IMG/VR virus record: IMGVR_UViG_3300017770_000005
Span: 12,051-76,050 of that record
Length of the DNA stretch: 64,000 bases
Strand: one strand, 5' to 3'
DNA from: a virus
Positions 45,496 to 55,317 of the stretch are shown in pieces; position 1 is the stretch's first letter; the number at the start of each line of letters is the position of its first letter. Position numbers and translations under genes: made by a program. Under the pieces are notes generated by a model. The model was not told the origin of the DNA. It searched no databases and saw only the letters and a program-made list of their open reading frames with translations.

Positions 45496-48400
45496 ATGAC
45501 TAGAAATAGTAGAGAATTATCTCAATTTGCATCTTTTGTTGAAATTAGAGATGCTAATCAAAACATAGGATTGTCAACATCTTTGGTGATGTTGGGTGGT
45601 GTTGGTATTGGTAGTACGGTCGGTGATTTTTTAGCAGAAAGAGCACTAAGAGATCCTGATGGTGATCCATTAATTAACTTTAATAAATCATTTTTCTTAG
45701 ATGATGTCTTCATTCGTGGAGACTTCAATCTAGATGGTGGAGAAACTTCTATAACTGGTGCTGGCGCCACATTCCCAGCATTGAATGTAACTGGATTAAC
45801 AACAACTAAAAATCTAGTTGTCACGGGTGTTACTACGCTTTCCCGTGACACTGGAATGGGAACGGTTTATATTGGTCAACAATCGGTTCCTGTTGCTGGA
45901 GCACAGGGAGATGATCCAACAAATAGTAACTCTGATATTGGAATTGGAATTACTGGTCCTGGTGGAACAGTTAATGGTTCTGCGGATGGTCCTGGTATAG
46001 CACACGGTTTAGTTGTCATTGATAATGTTGGTGCTGGAGATCCTCAAAAGGATGTAGCACTATATGTTTCAGGTAGGGTTCACTTTAATGGTGGTGATCC
46101 ACTTATTACTGATCCCGCAAATGGTGGTGAAACTGGGTTAGGAACTGAGTTCGTTGTTGTTCCCGAATCACTCTTCTATGACACCATTACTTGCATGGAA
46201 GATATCAATATCGTCCGTGAACCAGGTAATTCAACGAAAGCAAGATTAAGAGTATTTAATGATGAACGTGAGGGTGATTGGGCACAAGCAGGTATTGATA
46301 CAGAGTCAGCATCTGCTGCAATTTTCACCACTGGTGGTTTTGAAGCAAAGAAATTTGGATCAGTAGGTTGGGGATTAAGAGTTCAAGAATATGTTGATGT
46401 TGGTTATGATTTAGGTGGAACTAGTGGATCTGAAGATCATCTCGGTGATGATGTACTCAGTAGATTTTACGGAAATATGAATTTGGAGATGCCAATCCTT
46501 TCGATTGGTATGACACCTGCTTCCCATAAGGCAGCATTTGCTCCATACGGAAAAACTGAGGTTAATACTGATGGTGCAGTATTCTCCCAACTACAACCAA
46601 ATATTGTTAACACTCCAACTGGTGGTATTGGTAGTGATGGTGCTCGTTGGAATAATGTTTTCAGTAACTTCTTAGATGTTGGTCCTTTAGGAACTGACAG
46701 TCAAGCAAATATGGTTAACCTAGACGTTGGTTTGGGTGCAACTATTGGATATCTAAATGTTGCTGGTGTTGGTGGAACCGATGAGAATGAAATTTATCTA
46801 GATGTTGGTCCTGGTAAATCAAGACTATCTAATGTGGATAGTTCTGGATTCTTTAATCATCTTGGTGTTGCAACAATCAATGGATTCTTAAACGTCATCA
46901 GTGATAGTTACAATAATGCGTATGTTGCTACTGCTTTCCAATCAAATAATGTAGATTTATTCAAGCAAGACGAAACTAATAGTACAAATCCCGAGTTTTT
47001 CTATCCAGCAATGGGCAACTCTGGACAGAATCAAACTGATGCTGGTGCTCAACTATTTGTCAACCCAGGATTCTATCTGGATGCATTTGGTACTAGTTTA
47101 TTCGTACATAATAATCTAAATGTTCTTGGTACATCTATTCTTGCGTCAGAAGAAAATCCAGACCTAAGATTTGACCTAATAAACTATGGTGTTACTGAAC
47201 TTAATTTTGCAAGTCAGGCAAGATATATTGATATTGGTGAAGCACAAAGTGCTGTTGGTGGTTTTACAACAATTAGAAGTAATAATACAGAACTTGCCAG
47301 ACTAGTTCTATCACAGAATGAGATTAAAGCAAGTGATCAGCAAGTAAATATCACTCTTGATAGTGCAACATCCACAGCATTTGCTGGTTTTGTTCAAATT
47401 GGTGGTACACACATTAAATGTGATTCCAATGTTATTGACATTGCAGACTCATCACAAAGAGCAGATTTATTCAAACAAGCAGAAGATATTATTGTTGGTT
47501 CTAATGATGTTGGTATCATCACCATTAGGAATAATGTCACAGAACTTACTGGTTTCTTGAGACTTGGTAAGAATGTTATTCAATCATCTGATGAATTTAC
47601 CGCAATTCAAATTGGATTGGGTGCAACATATACTGAAGTCACTGGTGATTTGGTTGTTGGTGGAAAAGATATTCAAGATGGTATTGGTATCACAAACATG
47701 ACCCTAGATGGTGATGTTAAGACTACTTTCTATGGAGACATTGAGGTTCGTGGAAATCAGATTCTAGCATCAGATGGTACAGTCAACATCTTGATGTTTG
47801 ATGCACAAGAAGCAACGAGTTTTACTGGTAACATAAGAGTTGAAGGCAATAACATTTTAGCAGGTACTGGTGATACAAATATCACTATGGTTGCAAATAA
47901 TAATACCATATTTGCTGGACCAATTCAAGTCAATGGTAATGCAATTCGTGCAAGTAATGGTCAAGATAACATCGAAATGGATAGTGATGTTAAGACAACC
48001 GTTTTAGGTGATTTGCAGGTAGGTACAGGCACAATGCGTGCTGGTGATGCAACAATATGTATTAAAATGATTGGTGGTACTGGTGATGTTGGAATTACAA
48101 GTGACTTAACTGCTAATAGTGCATTCTTTAATGGTGATGAAGCAAGACTGAATACATTAGATGTTAACATCAGAGATAATCTACTAACTCTTGGTCTCAT
48201 TGAAGATCCACTTAATCAAGGTCAACTTATTCCTCCTAATGTATCGGTAGGAAATAGTGGTGATGCTGGTATCGTCATGGCACGTTATGACGTTGGACTT
48301 TCAACTCATAAGTATGCTGCTATTTTCTACGATAATTCTCAAGGAAGAATTGCAATCCGCACTGATGTTAATCCAGATCCTGGTACTGGTGAGGTTGGAA

Positions 48401-48582
48401 GAGATCGTTTTGTTGTTGAGCAAGGACTTCCATCAGAATTGGAAGTACAAAATTTATACATTAATCTAAATAGCACTCTTGGAATCACTACTATCTTTGA
48501 AGCACAAGTTTCTGATGATGGTGAATCAGTTGAGGATGTTCTTGCTGTTGTAAATGTTGAGATTGATGCTGGGTTCTTCTAA
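45496..48582 (+). CDS. Tail fibre-like structural protein
   Basis: NSRELSQFAS N-terminus; about 30-aa repeats (G.I.V.GN.I.ASDG..NI.M) at roughly 47300-48070; ends EIDAGFF. Confidence 0.7.
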   Translation: MTRNSRELSQFASFVEIRDANQNIGLSTSLVMLGGVGIGSTVGDFLAERALRDPDGDPLINFNKSFFLDDVFIRGDFNLDGGETSITGAGATFPALNVTGLTTTKNLVVTGVTTLSRDTGMGTVYIGQQSVPVAGAQGDDPTNSNSDIGIGITGPGGTVNGSADGPGIAHGLVVIDNVGAGDPQKDVALYVSGRVHFNGGDPLITDPANGGETGLGTEFVVVPESLFYDTITCMEDINIVREPGNSTKARLRVFNDEREGDWAQAGIDTESASAAIFTTGGFEAKKFGSVGWGLRVQEYVDVGYDLGGTSGSEDHLGDDVLSRFYGNMNLEMPILSIGMTPASHKAAFAPYGKTEVNTDGAVFSQLQPNIVNTPTGGIGSDGARWNNVFSNFLDVGPLGTDSQANMVNLDVGLGATIGYLNVAGVGGTDENEIYLDVGPGKSRLSNVDSSGFFNHLGVATINGFLNVISDSYNNAYVATAFQSNNVDLFKQDETNSTNPEFFYPAMGNSGQNQTDAGAQLFVNPGFYLDAFGTSLFVHNNLNVLGTSILASEENPDLRFDLINYGVTELNFASQARYIDIGEAQSAVGGFTTIRSNNTELARLVLSQNEIKASDQQVNITLDSATSTAFAGFVQIGGTHIKCDSNVIDIADSSQRADLFKQAEDIIVGSNDVGIITIRNNVTELTGFLRLGKNVIQSSDEFTAIQIGLGATYTEVTGDLVVGGKDIQDGIGITNMTLDGDVKTTFYGDIEVRGNQILASDGTVNILMFDAQEATSFTGNIRVEGNNILAGTGDTNITMVANNNTIFAGPIQVNGNAIRASNGQDNIEMDSDVKTTVLGDLQVGTGTMRAGDATICIKMIGGTGDVGITSDLTANSAFFNGDEARLNTLDVNIRDNLLTLGLIEDPLNQGQLIPPNVSVGNSGDAGIVMARYDVGLSTHKYAAIFYDNSQGRIAIRTDVNPDPGTGEVGRDRFVVEQGLPSELEVQNLYINLNSTLGITTIFEAQVSDDGESVEDVLAVVNVEIDAGFF

Positions 48583-48585
48583 CCC

Positions 48586-48614
48586 TTGACAAGATGCCCA
48601 AATGTTGCTACAAT
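48586..48614 (+). promoter_or_regulatory. Sigma70-type promoter
   Basis: TTGACA-17 nt-TACAAT with extended -10 TG. Confidence 0.7.
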
Positions 48615-48699
48615 CTCTCTGTTGAGGTTAGAAAAGATATAGCTCTAAGACTTTAATACTTGTCTATATACTGCTACAATATAACTAAGGATTATTTTC

Positions 48700-48864
48700 A
48701 TGGACCCATCTGAAATTTCTTTAAGTACTCCATCAAAATCTTTTGAATATGAAAAACTTGCTAGAGATATTGATAAAATTGAAGATATTGAAGAACTGAA
48801 AATGACTCTTAAATCTTATGTTAAATTATATTTTAAGCAACAAGAAACAATTAAAATGATCTGA
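48700..48864 (+). CDS. Small helical protein (54 aa, absent from the ORF track), possibly NblA-like
   Basis: MDPSEISLSTPSKSFEYEKLARDIDKIEDIEELKMTLKSYVKLYFKQQETIKMI*; TAAGGA RBS and a promoter upstream. Confidence 0.65.
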   Translation: MDPSEISLSTPSKSFEYEKLARDIDKIEDIEELKMTLKSYVKLYFKQQETIKMI

Positions 48865-48867
48865 TGG

Positions 48868-48924
48868 AGACAGTTTGAGAACCGTCACAAGCACCTTGAC
48901 TTTAGGGTCGGGGTGCTTTATAGT
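48868..48924 (+). promoter_or_regulatory. Palindrome + sigma70 promoter element, copy 1
   Basis: GACAGTT-tgag-AACCGTC, then TTGACT-17 nt-TATAGT. Confidence 0.7.
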
Positions 48925-48947
48925 ATATTCATTGACAGGGACAGCAC

Positions 48948-50195
48948 TTGACCATCACTCTTCGTCCACACCAGCAACGTGCAGTTAATGCTATGTGGGA
49001 CAACAGCAAAGGTCAGGTCATCGTTCCTACGGGTGGTGGCAAGACTATTTGTATGATTGAAGATGTAATGATCAATCTTGATCTTATCAATCTTGGTCAG
49101 ACTTATGTTGTTGTAGCACCTCGCATTCTGCTTGCTGAACAACTTTGTAGTGAGTTTCTTGAACTGATTGATACTAAGAATGTTCATGTAATGCACGTTC
49201 ATAGTGGTGAGACTCAGCATTTCAGCAGCACTAAAGCAGAACAGATTCATATGTTTGCTAATGTTGCTCGGACTTCTGGTGACTCCTGCATTATCTTTAC
49301 TACTTATCATTCTCTTCATCGTGTGATGGAAGCAGATATTGAGGTCAATACTATCTACTTTGATGAAGCACATAACAGTGTTCAACGTAACTTTTTTCCT
49401 CCCACTGAGTTCTTCTCTCACGAAGCAGATCGTTGCTTCTTTTTCACTGCTACTCCTAAGCATTCTATCACGGTAATGAAACCTGGCATGAATGATCCTG
49501 AAGTTTATGGTCAGGTTATTTGTCAGGTTCCTGCTCCAGAACTTATCAATGGTGGTTTCATTATTCCTCCTAAAGTTGTTGTTAATCAACTAGATAATGC
49601 AGATCTCTATCCTGATGTTCCTCTCAGGGATTCTACACACTTAATCAAGACTATTGATGAGACTGGTGCTGATAAGGCATTGATCTGCTCTAAGTCTACA
49701 AAAAACATCATCAATCTAATTGGTCAGTCTGACTTTACTTTCCAACTAGAATTGCGTGGATATTCTTACATGTATATCACAGCAAAAACTGGTGCTATCA
49801 TCGATGGACGTAAAGTCAACCGTGAGGTGTTCTTTGACACTTTGAGTGCATGGGGTCGTGATGATGACAAAAAGTTTGTTGTGCTCCACCACAGCATCCT
49901 CTCAGAAGGTATCAATGTCAGTGGTCTTAATGCTGTAATTTTCATGAGGTCAATGGATTATATTGGCATCAGTCAGACTATCGGTCGTGTGATTCGATTG
50001 CATAAAGATGATGCTGCTGGTCTTCGCAATGGCACTATTGTTCCTGGTAAACTTGATCAGTATACCAAATCTTATGGTCTAGTTTGTATCCCTGCCTTCA
50101 ATAAAGTTGGTATTCAGACTGCACAAAAGATTCAGAATGTTGTTGACATTGTGTTTGAGCAAGGTGATGCTGCTGTTTCTGTAGTTAAGAAGTAA
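48948..50195 (+). CDS. Superfamily 2 (DEAH-box, ResIII-like) helicase
   Basis: LRPHQ, PTGGGKT (Walker A), DEAH, TATP, LSEGIN, QTIGRVIR. Confidence 0.92.
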   Translation: MTITLRPHQQRAVNAMWDNSKGQVIVPTGGGKTICMIEDVMINLDLINLGQTYVVVAPRILLAEQLCSEFLELIDTKNVHVMHVHSGETQHFSSTKAEQIHMFANVARTSGDSCIIFTTYHSLHRVMEADIEVNTIYFDEAHNSVQRNFFPPTEFFSHEADRCFFFTATPKHSITVMKPGMNDPEVYGQVICQVPAPELINGGFIIPPKVVVNQLDNADLYPDVPLRDSTHLIKTIDETGADKALICSKSTKNIINLIGQSDFTFQLELRGYSYMYITAKTGAIIDGRKVNREVFFDTLSAWGRDDDKKFVVLHHSILSEGINVSGLNAVIFMRSMDYIGISQTIGRVIRLHKDDAAGLRNGTIVPGKLDQYTKSYGLVCIPAFNKVGIQTAQKIQNVVDIVFEQGDAAVSVVKK

Positions 50196-50198
50196 TTT

Positions 50199-50423
50199 AT
50201 GAAGTATACATACACTAACTCATCAAAGTTAGAACCTACTTACTATAAACAATTCTGCTCTGATGATGGAAATTTTGTTGTAATTCCAATTGCAGGAAAG
50301 GGTGTTAAATACACCATTATTGCTCAAGGAAAACCAACGGGAAAAATTTATAGAAAATTTGACACAGCAATGAAAGATGTGTTAAAGTTACAAAAAAAGT
50401 ACAAAAAGAAATTCAAAAAGTAA
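50199..50423 (+). CDS. Hypothetical basic protein
   Basis: ORF fits between the helicase and the first oxygenase. Confidence 0.6.
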   Translation: MKYTYTNSSKLEPTYYKQFCSDDGNFVVIPIAGKGVKYTIIAQGKPTGKIYRKFDTAMKDVLKLQKKYKKKFKK

Positions 50424-50428
50424 TTGGT

Positions 50429-51097
50429 ATGTCAAATTTTTCATTATATTGTGATGTTCCAGAAGGGCATAATGAATATCTAATTCCCATGTTTTCTGTC
50501 CCACTTCTGCATCTCAAAGTGGAAGAATGGGATGAAAAGAGAAAAAGTCTTCTCGATATGTATTCAAGAAGAAGACAAGAAAGTGATAAATTTAAGATTG
50601 CCACAGGTTCTAATTCTTCTCTAGATGTGGAAACTGATTATCACCACAATCATGACACTGGAGAGACTTACGATAGAGAAATAACAGATATTCTCAAATC
50701 AGAATTAGAAACTTTTTCAGATACTTTTGAATGTGCTGCTGAAGTATGTACTTCATGGTTTGAAAGAGCAACTAATAGTAAGTTTCATCAGGTTCATAAT
50801 CATGGATCTATGGGATTTAGTGCTGTATTATTCATTCAGTTTAGTCCTGAGTATCATACTCCCACAGTATTTTTGAATCCAAACCTGGCAGATAATGAGG
50901 TTTGTAATTGCGTACCACCAGGAATTAGGGAAGGTTCACTTATATTTTTCCCTTCTTATGTTCTTCATTATACTGCACCGAATGAGAGTGAGAAGGATAG
51001 AATCGTCCTCTCATTTAATATAAATGTAGAATACGAGAGTTTTTCTTTCGCAGATGAAGACGATAGTGATGGTGAATACTTCACAAAAGATGTCTAA
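50429..51097 (+). CDS. 2OG-Fe(II) oxygenase-like protein (TIGR02466-like)
   Basis: SW, HQVHNH, FSAVLF, EGSLIFFPSYVLH..PN....RIVLSFNI. Confidence 0.85.
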   Translation: MSNFSLYCDVPEGHNEYLIPMFSVPLLHLKVEEWDEKRKSLLDMYSRRRQESDKFKIATGSNSSLDVETDYHHNHDTGETYDREITDILKSELETFSDTFECAAEVCTSWFERATNSKFHQVHNHGSMGFSAVLFIQFSPEYHTPTVFLNPNLADNEVCNCVPPGIREGSLIFFPSYVLHYTAPNESEKDRIVLSFNINVEYESFSFADEDDSDGEYFTKDV

Positions 51098-51653
51098 ATC
51101 ATTTATTCTTCGCAATTTTTTATTCAAAGATGATGTAAAAGCACTCAATCAATGGACTCTAGATAATTGTCATCTAGATTTTTTTGAAGATGCCTGCATG
51201 GATCCAGATAATCATGGAACACGATTCACAACTCGATTCCCTAATGAAGAGATAGCACCTAATTTAAACTATCCAAAGTCTGCACATACTGTACGGCAAA
51301 GAATAATCAATTATTTTCATCTAGAAGGTTACAAAAGTCCACCATCCTACAGTCATGGAATTGTAAATGGCATTGGATATGATGGTGGCAGAATAGAGAA
51401 TCATATTGACCCTACATATTATCCAAATACTAAAACAGTTCACTTTAATGCTATTACTCAACAAGCACATAAGGGTGGACATACGATCATTGGTGGTGTA
51501 GAATATACAGATATAAATTCTACAGATCTTTTGATATATCAAGTCTCTGAGATTCACCATGAAGTAACACCAACACAAGGTGATACTGCCAGAATACTAT
51601 GGGTTTTTGGATTTTGTTTAGATGATGAAAAAGTACAGGAGATATTCTTATGA
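51090..51653 (+). CDS. 2OG-Fe(II) oxygenase
   Basis: HID...GG...HHEVTP....RILWVFGF (HxD..H..R). Confidence 0.8.
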   Translation: MSKSFILRNFLFKDDVKALNQWTLDNCHLDFFEDACMDPDNHGTRFTTRFPNEEIAPNLNYPKSAHTVRQRIINYFHLEGYKSPPSYSHGIVNGIGYDGGRIENHIDPTYYPNTKTVHFNAITQQAHKGGHTIIGGVEYTDINSTDLLIYQVSEIHHEVTPTQGDTARILWVFGFCLDDEKVQEIFL

Positions 51654-52387
51654 AAGATTTTGCCAACGATGAATCATTATTTGAAACTAATGATTTTTCT
51701 AATATGAATATCATTGAGTTTTGTGATGGTGATAAGGTTTCCAATTTTTATTGGATGGATAATTTTTATAAAAGACCATACGATGTCTATGAATATCTTT
51801 TATCTGTTGAACCACCATTATGGAAAATGGGAGAAGATTGGGAACTTGGCAGAGGTACACTCAACACAAAAAACTTTGAGGATCGTAGACATATGATGAA
51901 GCATCCTGGTATGTCTTCACTATACAGTAAGATCTCGGGTATTTGTGACCAAGAATCCGCAGATGTGGATGAAATTGTAACTAATTTTTCAAGATTCTCA
52001 CGAATTGATGATAACCCATACGAAACTCATTACTGGTGGCCTCACCATGACGGAGGATACAATGGTATATGTTACTTAAGCACGAATGATGAAATTGGAA
52101 CTAACTTATATAAACCATTGGTAACAGATAATCCAGACTTATTACCTCTAGATGAAAATGATGGTGTTAGAGATGAACATGCAATACCATGGACACCAAA
52201 AAACTTATGGGAAACTGTAGTTAGTTTTCGTTCAAAATTCAATAGATTTGCAATGTTTGAAGGATCATATTATTATCACAGTATGAACTTAACTGGTGAA
52301 CATTATTTTGGTGATCACTATAGTGATGCCGAATACAGAATTAATCAAGTATTTTTTATGATGAATGAAACTGAGGAACAAGATTGA
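51650..52387 (+). CDS. 2OG-Fe(II) oxygenase-like protein (DUF6445-like)
   Basis: MDNFYKRP, PHHD, GICYL, GTNLY, KFNRFAMF..YYHS, RINQVFF. Confidence 0.75.
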   Translation: MKDFANDESLFETNDFSNMNIIEFCDGDKVSNFYWMDNFYKRPYDVYEYLLSVEPPLWKMGEDWELGRGTLNTKNFEDRRHMMKHPGMSSLYSKISGICDQESADVDEIVTNFSRFSRIDDNPYETHYWWPHHDGGYNGICYLSTNDEIGTNLYKPLVTDNPDLLPLDENDGVRDEHAIPWTPKNLWETVVSFRSKFNRFAMFEGSYYYHSMNLTGEHYFGDHYSDAEYRINQVFFMMNETEEQD

Positions 52388-52388
52388 C

Positions 52389-53045
52389 ATGCACAGATTC
52401 AGAGATGAAATTACTCCAAACGATGATAATTTCTTAGAGATACCTATTAGTGACAAGAATCGTGAAGATCTTTTCATTACACCATTGTATACCTTTACTC
52501 TAGACATTGATAACGGACCTCTGATTAGAGAATGTTTAGATTTGCGGGAAAGATTTCCCAATGGAGTAAAAAAATCCAATTTTGGTGAAGGTTGGCAGAG
52601 TCAAGTCTATGAATTGCCCACAATCAAAAGAACAACAACTCCTGCTATTCAAAATTTAGCAAGAAATGCTATCGATCTGACAAATGAAATATTGGAAGAC
52701 TTTGGTGCAACTTATAGAGTAGATGATAATCAAATTGGATGGTGGATGAATATTAACAAGGGAATGGGATATAATGTTCATCACACTCATCCTGGATGTA
52801 CTGTTATTGGACTTTATTATCCAAAAATTCCTAGTGACCTAAATGAACAGGAAGGTAAACTCACTCTAATCAGAACTGATCCATCAAATCATAATGCTGC
52901 GTTTGCTGATGTTGCCAATAATTGTGAATGGGTAATTGAACCTGAGGAAAATGTTTTTTACTTGATGCCATCTACAGTTGCACATTATGTGACACCACAC
53001 TTTAGTGAAGAGGAGAGAATATCTATTGCATTTAATATTGGATAA
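52389..53045 (+). CDS. 2OG-Fe(II) oxygenase-like protein (TIGR02466-like)
   Basis: KSNFGEGWQS, WMNIN..GYNVHHTHP, PSTVAHYVTP....RISIAFN. Confidence 0.85.
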   Translation: MHRFRDEITPNDDNFLEIPISDKNREDLFITPLYTFTLDIDNGPLIRECLDLRERFPNGVKKSNFGEGWQSQVYELPTIKRTTTPAIQNLARNAIDLTNEILEDFGATYRVDDNQIGWWMNINKGMGYNVHHTHPGCTVIGLYYPKIPSDLNEQEGKLTLIRTDPSNHNAAFADVANNCEWVIEPEENVFYLMPSTVAHYVTPHFSEEERISIAFNIG

Positions 53046-53082
53046 ATAATACACGTTATCTGTTGTTAGTAATTGGTATAAT

Positions 53083-53619
53083 ATGTCTATTCTGCAAACG
53101 AGTGGTATTCAATTTGGACTTGATAATACCGTTCTTAATTCTAAATATGGCATTATTCCTCAGAATAGTGTTGCAGTATTTTATCAAGCATCGGCACCTA
53201 GTGGATGGTCTCAAGTAACTACTCATAATAATAAAGCACTTAGAGTTGTATCTGGAACTGGTGGTGGGTTCGGTTCTGGTGGATCTAATGGTCCTGGTGG
53301 ACAACCATTTTCTACTATATTTCCTACATCAACACGTCCAATTAGTGGTACTGTAACTTCTGCTGGTTCAGTAGGAAACACAACATTAACAGTGCAGCAA
53401 ATTCCTGGACATACTCATAATGCAGGTTCTCAGGTTAATGTAAGTCCTGGATCTCCTAGTGTTGGAGGACGTGCCGTAAATACTTCAGCACCAGCAACAT
53501 CTCCAACGGGTGGAGGTAACTCACATACTCACCCATTTGTTGGTGCCTCATCACCTTATAGTGGAAGTATTGACCTTAGAGTTAAATATATTGATGTTAT
53601 CATCTGTCGTTTTAGTTGA
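53083..53619 (+). CDS. Small tail-collar/short-fibre-like protein
   Basis: FYQASAPSGW..ALRVVSGTGGG, TLTVQQIPGHTH, TGGGNSHTHPF, YIDVIIC. Confidence 0.75.
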   Translation: MSILQTSGIQFGLDNTVLNSKYGIIPQNSVAVFYQASAPSGWSQVTTHNNKALRVVSGTGGGFGSGGSNGPGGQPFSTIFPTSTRPISGTVTSAGSVGNTTLTVQQIPGHTHNAGSQVNVSPGSPSVGGRAVNTSAPATSPTGGGNSHTHPFVGASSPYSGSIDLRVKYIDVIICRFS

Positions 53620-53629
53620 GGTATAATAT

Positions 53630-54892
53630 ATGTCTATTTTAAGAGCAGACGGGATCCAGTTCGGGAATGGTACTCAATTAAATACGTTTTACGGTATTGT
53701 TCCACAATCATCTACGATGCTGTTTTATCAATCAGCAGCACCAACTGGGTGGACTAAAGAAACATCAGCAAACGATCAAGCACTTAGAGTTGTAGATGGA
53801 ACGGGTGGAGGATCTTCTGGACAGAATAGTTTCAGCACAACATTTGATGATGGTGGTGCTACTTCAGTTGTAACTTCAACCCTATTGGGTAGTATTGGAC
53901 CAACAACACTAACAACACAACAAATTCCAGCACATACCCATAATACTGGATCAAATCCAAATTCCTATAGATCATCTGGTGGTTCTTCACCATTTAGAAC
54001 AACTAATAGGCAACCACGTGGATATAATATTAGAGCAACAACTAGAACACAAATTAATAATCGTGTTCAGATTAATTTTAGACAACCTAGACAGGTAAGA
54101 CAACCTCGTAACTATAGACAACCACGAAGGCAGAGAGTTCCACTCAGAAACAGACAACCAAGAAACTTTAGAGTAAGATATCCTACACGTTCTAGAAGAC
54201 CATTTAGTTTTAGAGTTCCTGTTCCATTCCGTGTTCCTGTAAGATCACGAAGACCAATATCTCAACGAAATCCTGGTGGAAGATGGAGAAACTCTATTGG
54301 TCAATCTTGGAGAGCAGGTGGAAGAAATAATGATAGAACACCAAGAAGAAGATGGGGTCGGAGAAGAAGAAATGATAGGATTCCAAGAAGAGCAGATAGA
54401 AGACAACCTAGAGTAAGTTGGTGGAGACAGAGAAGACAGTTTAGAAGACCTGTATCTTTTAGACAGAGAAGATCTTTCCGTCAACCTCGTAACTTTAGAC
54501 AACCCAGAAATGCAAGACAGAGGAGATCATTTAGGAGGAGGCAACCAAGATCATTCAGAGTGAGGTATTCATTCAGGCAGAGAAGATCTTTCCGAGTGAA
54601 TATTCCGTTCAGAGTAGCAGTTCCTCAGAGAAATCCTTCATCTTTTAGACAACCAAGAACATATCGTACACCTCAAAGATATCCACAGACTACAAGTGTG
54701 AGGGTAACTCAAAGGGTTCTAACTCCTGGTGGTACTATTAGGAAGAATAATACTCAAGGACCAGCAACAAGATCAACTGGTGGTGGTCAATCACATACTC
54801 ATCCATTTACTGGTAGTGAAGTTACTTTCTCTGCTGCACTATCACCACTTAGAGTTCAATACATTGATGTCATTACTTGCAGTTTAGATTAA
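53630..54892 (+). CDS. Paralogous small fibre-like protein with a ~250-aa arginine-rich insertion
   Basis: N- and C-termini align with 53083..53619; the insert lies between QIPAHTH and GGGQSHTHPF. Confidence 0.8.
   Translation: MSILRADGIQFGNGTQLNTFYGIVPQSSTMLFYQSAAPTGWTKETSANDQALRVVDGTGGGSSGQNSFSTTFDDGGATSVVTSTLLGSIGPTTLTTQQIPAHTHNTGSNPNSYRSSGGSSPFRTTNRQPRGYNIRATTRTQINNRVQINFRQPRQVRQPRNYRQPRRQRVPLRNRQPRNFRVRYPTRSRRPFSFRVPVPFRVPVRSRRPISQRNPGGRWRNSIGQSWRAGGRNNDRTPRRRWGRRRRNDRIPRRADRRQPRVSWWRQRRQFRRPVSFRQRRSFRQPRNFRQPRNARQRRSFRRRQPRSFRVRYSFRQRRSFRVNIPFRVAVPQRNPSSFRQPRTYRTPQRYPQTTSVRVTQRVLTPGGTIRKNNTQGPATRSTGGGQSHTHPFTGSEVTFSAALSPLRVQYIDVITCSLD
53996..54742 (+). repeat. Arg-rich degenerate peptide repeats (RQPRxx / RQRRSF)
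   Basis: 10 RQPR and 4 RQRR units by manual count; AGACAACC-type DNA repeats. Confidence 0.85.
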
Positions 54893-54930
54893 CATCGTGC
54901 TATAATAAATAATACACTGAATCCCTTGTT

Positions 54931-55317
54931 ATGGCAAAACAGACTGGTAAATGGTGTCCACTAATTCGTAAGGATTGTGTAGAACATAAATGTGCATGGT
55001 ATACGCATATTGCGGGTGTAGATCCTAATACTGGAAATCCAGTAGATCATTGGTCTTGTGCCATTCAATGGATGCCAATGCTAATGATTGAAAATAGTCA
55101 GCAACAACGTTCTACAAGTTCTGCTGTTGAGTCTTTCCGTAATGAAATGACTAAAGCACACGAAACTAATCAGAATATGTTGGATGCTGTCGGTAACATG
55201 TATCTTGATATGTGTGAAGATCAGGGTGTCAATGTTTCTGAATACATTGAACAGATTGATGGCATAGATAATGAAGAAGAAAACTTACTACCCGAATCCG
55301 AAGAGGAGAAAAAATGA
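54931..55317 (+). CDS. Cys-containing conserved phage protein that accompanies small-fibre cassettes
   Basis: CPLIRKDC...CAW...CAIQWMPMLMIENSQQQRST..AVESFRNEM; acidic C-terminal tail. Confidence 0.7.
   Translation: MAKQTGKWCPLIRKDCVEHKCAWYTHIAGVDPNTGNPVDHWSCAIQWMPMLMIENSQQQRSTSSAVESFRNEMTKAHETNQNMLDAVGNMYLDMCEDQGVNVSEYIEQIDGIDNEEENLLPESEEEKK

Noticed and set aside
48948-50195. Type III restriction-modification system
   Set aside because: Helicase motifs only; no adjacent methyltransferase or evident nuclease domain
53996-54742. Arg-rich repeats as a CRISPR array or a frameshift artefact
   Set aside because: Repeats are short, degenerate and codon-phased, and the frame stays continuous with the conserved fibre N- and C-termini
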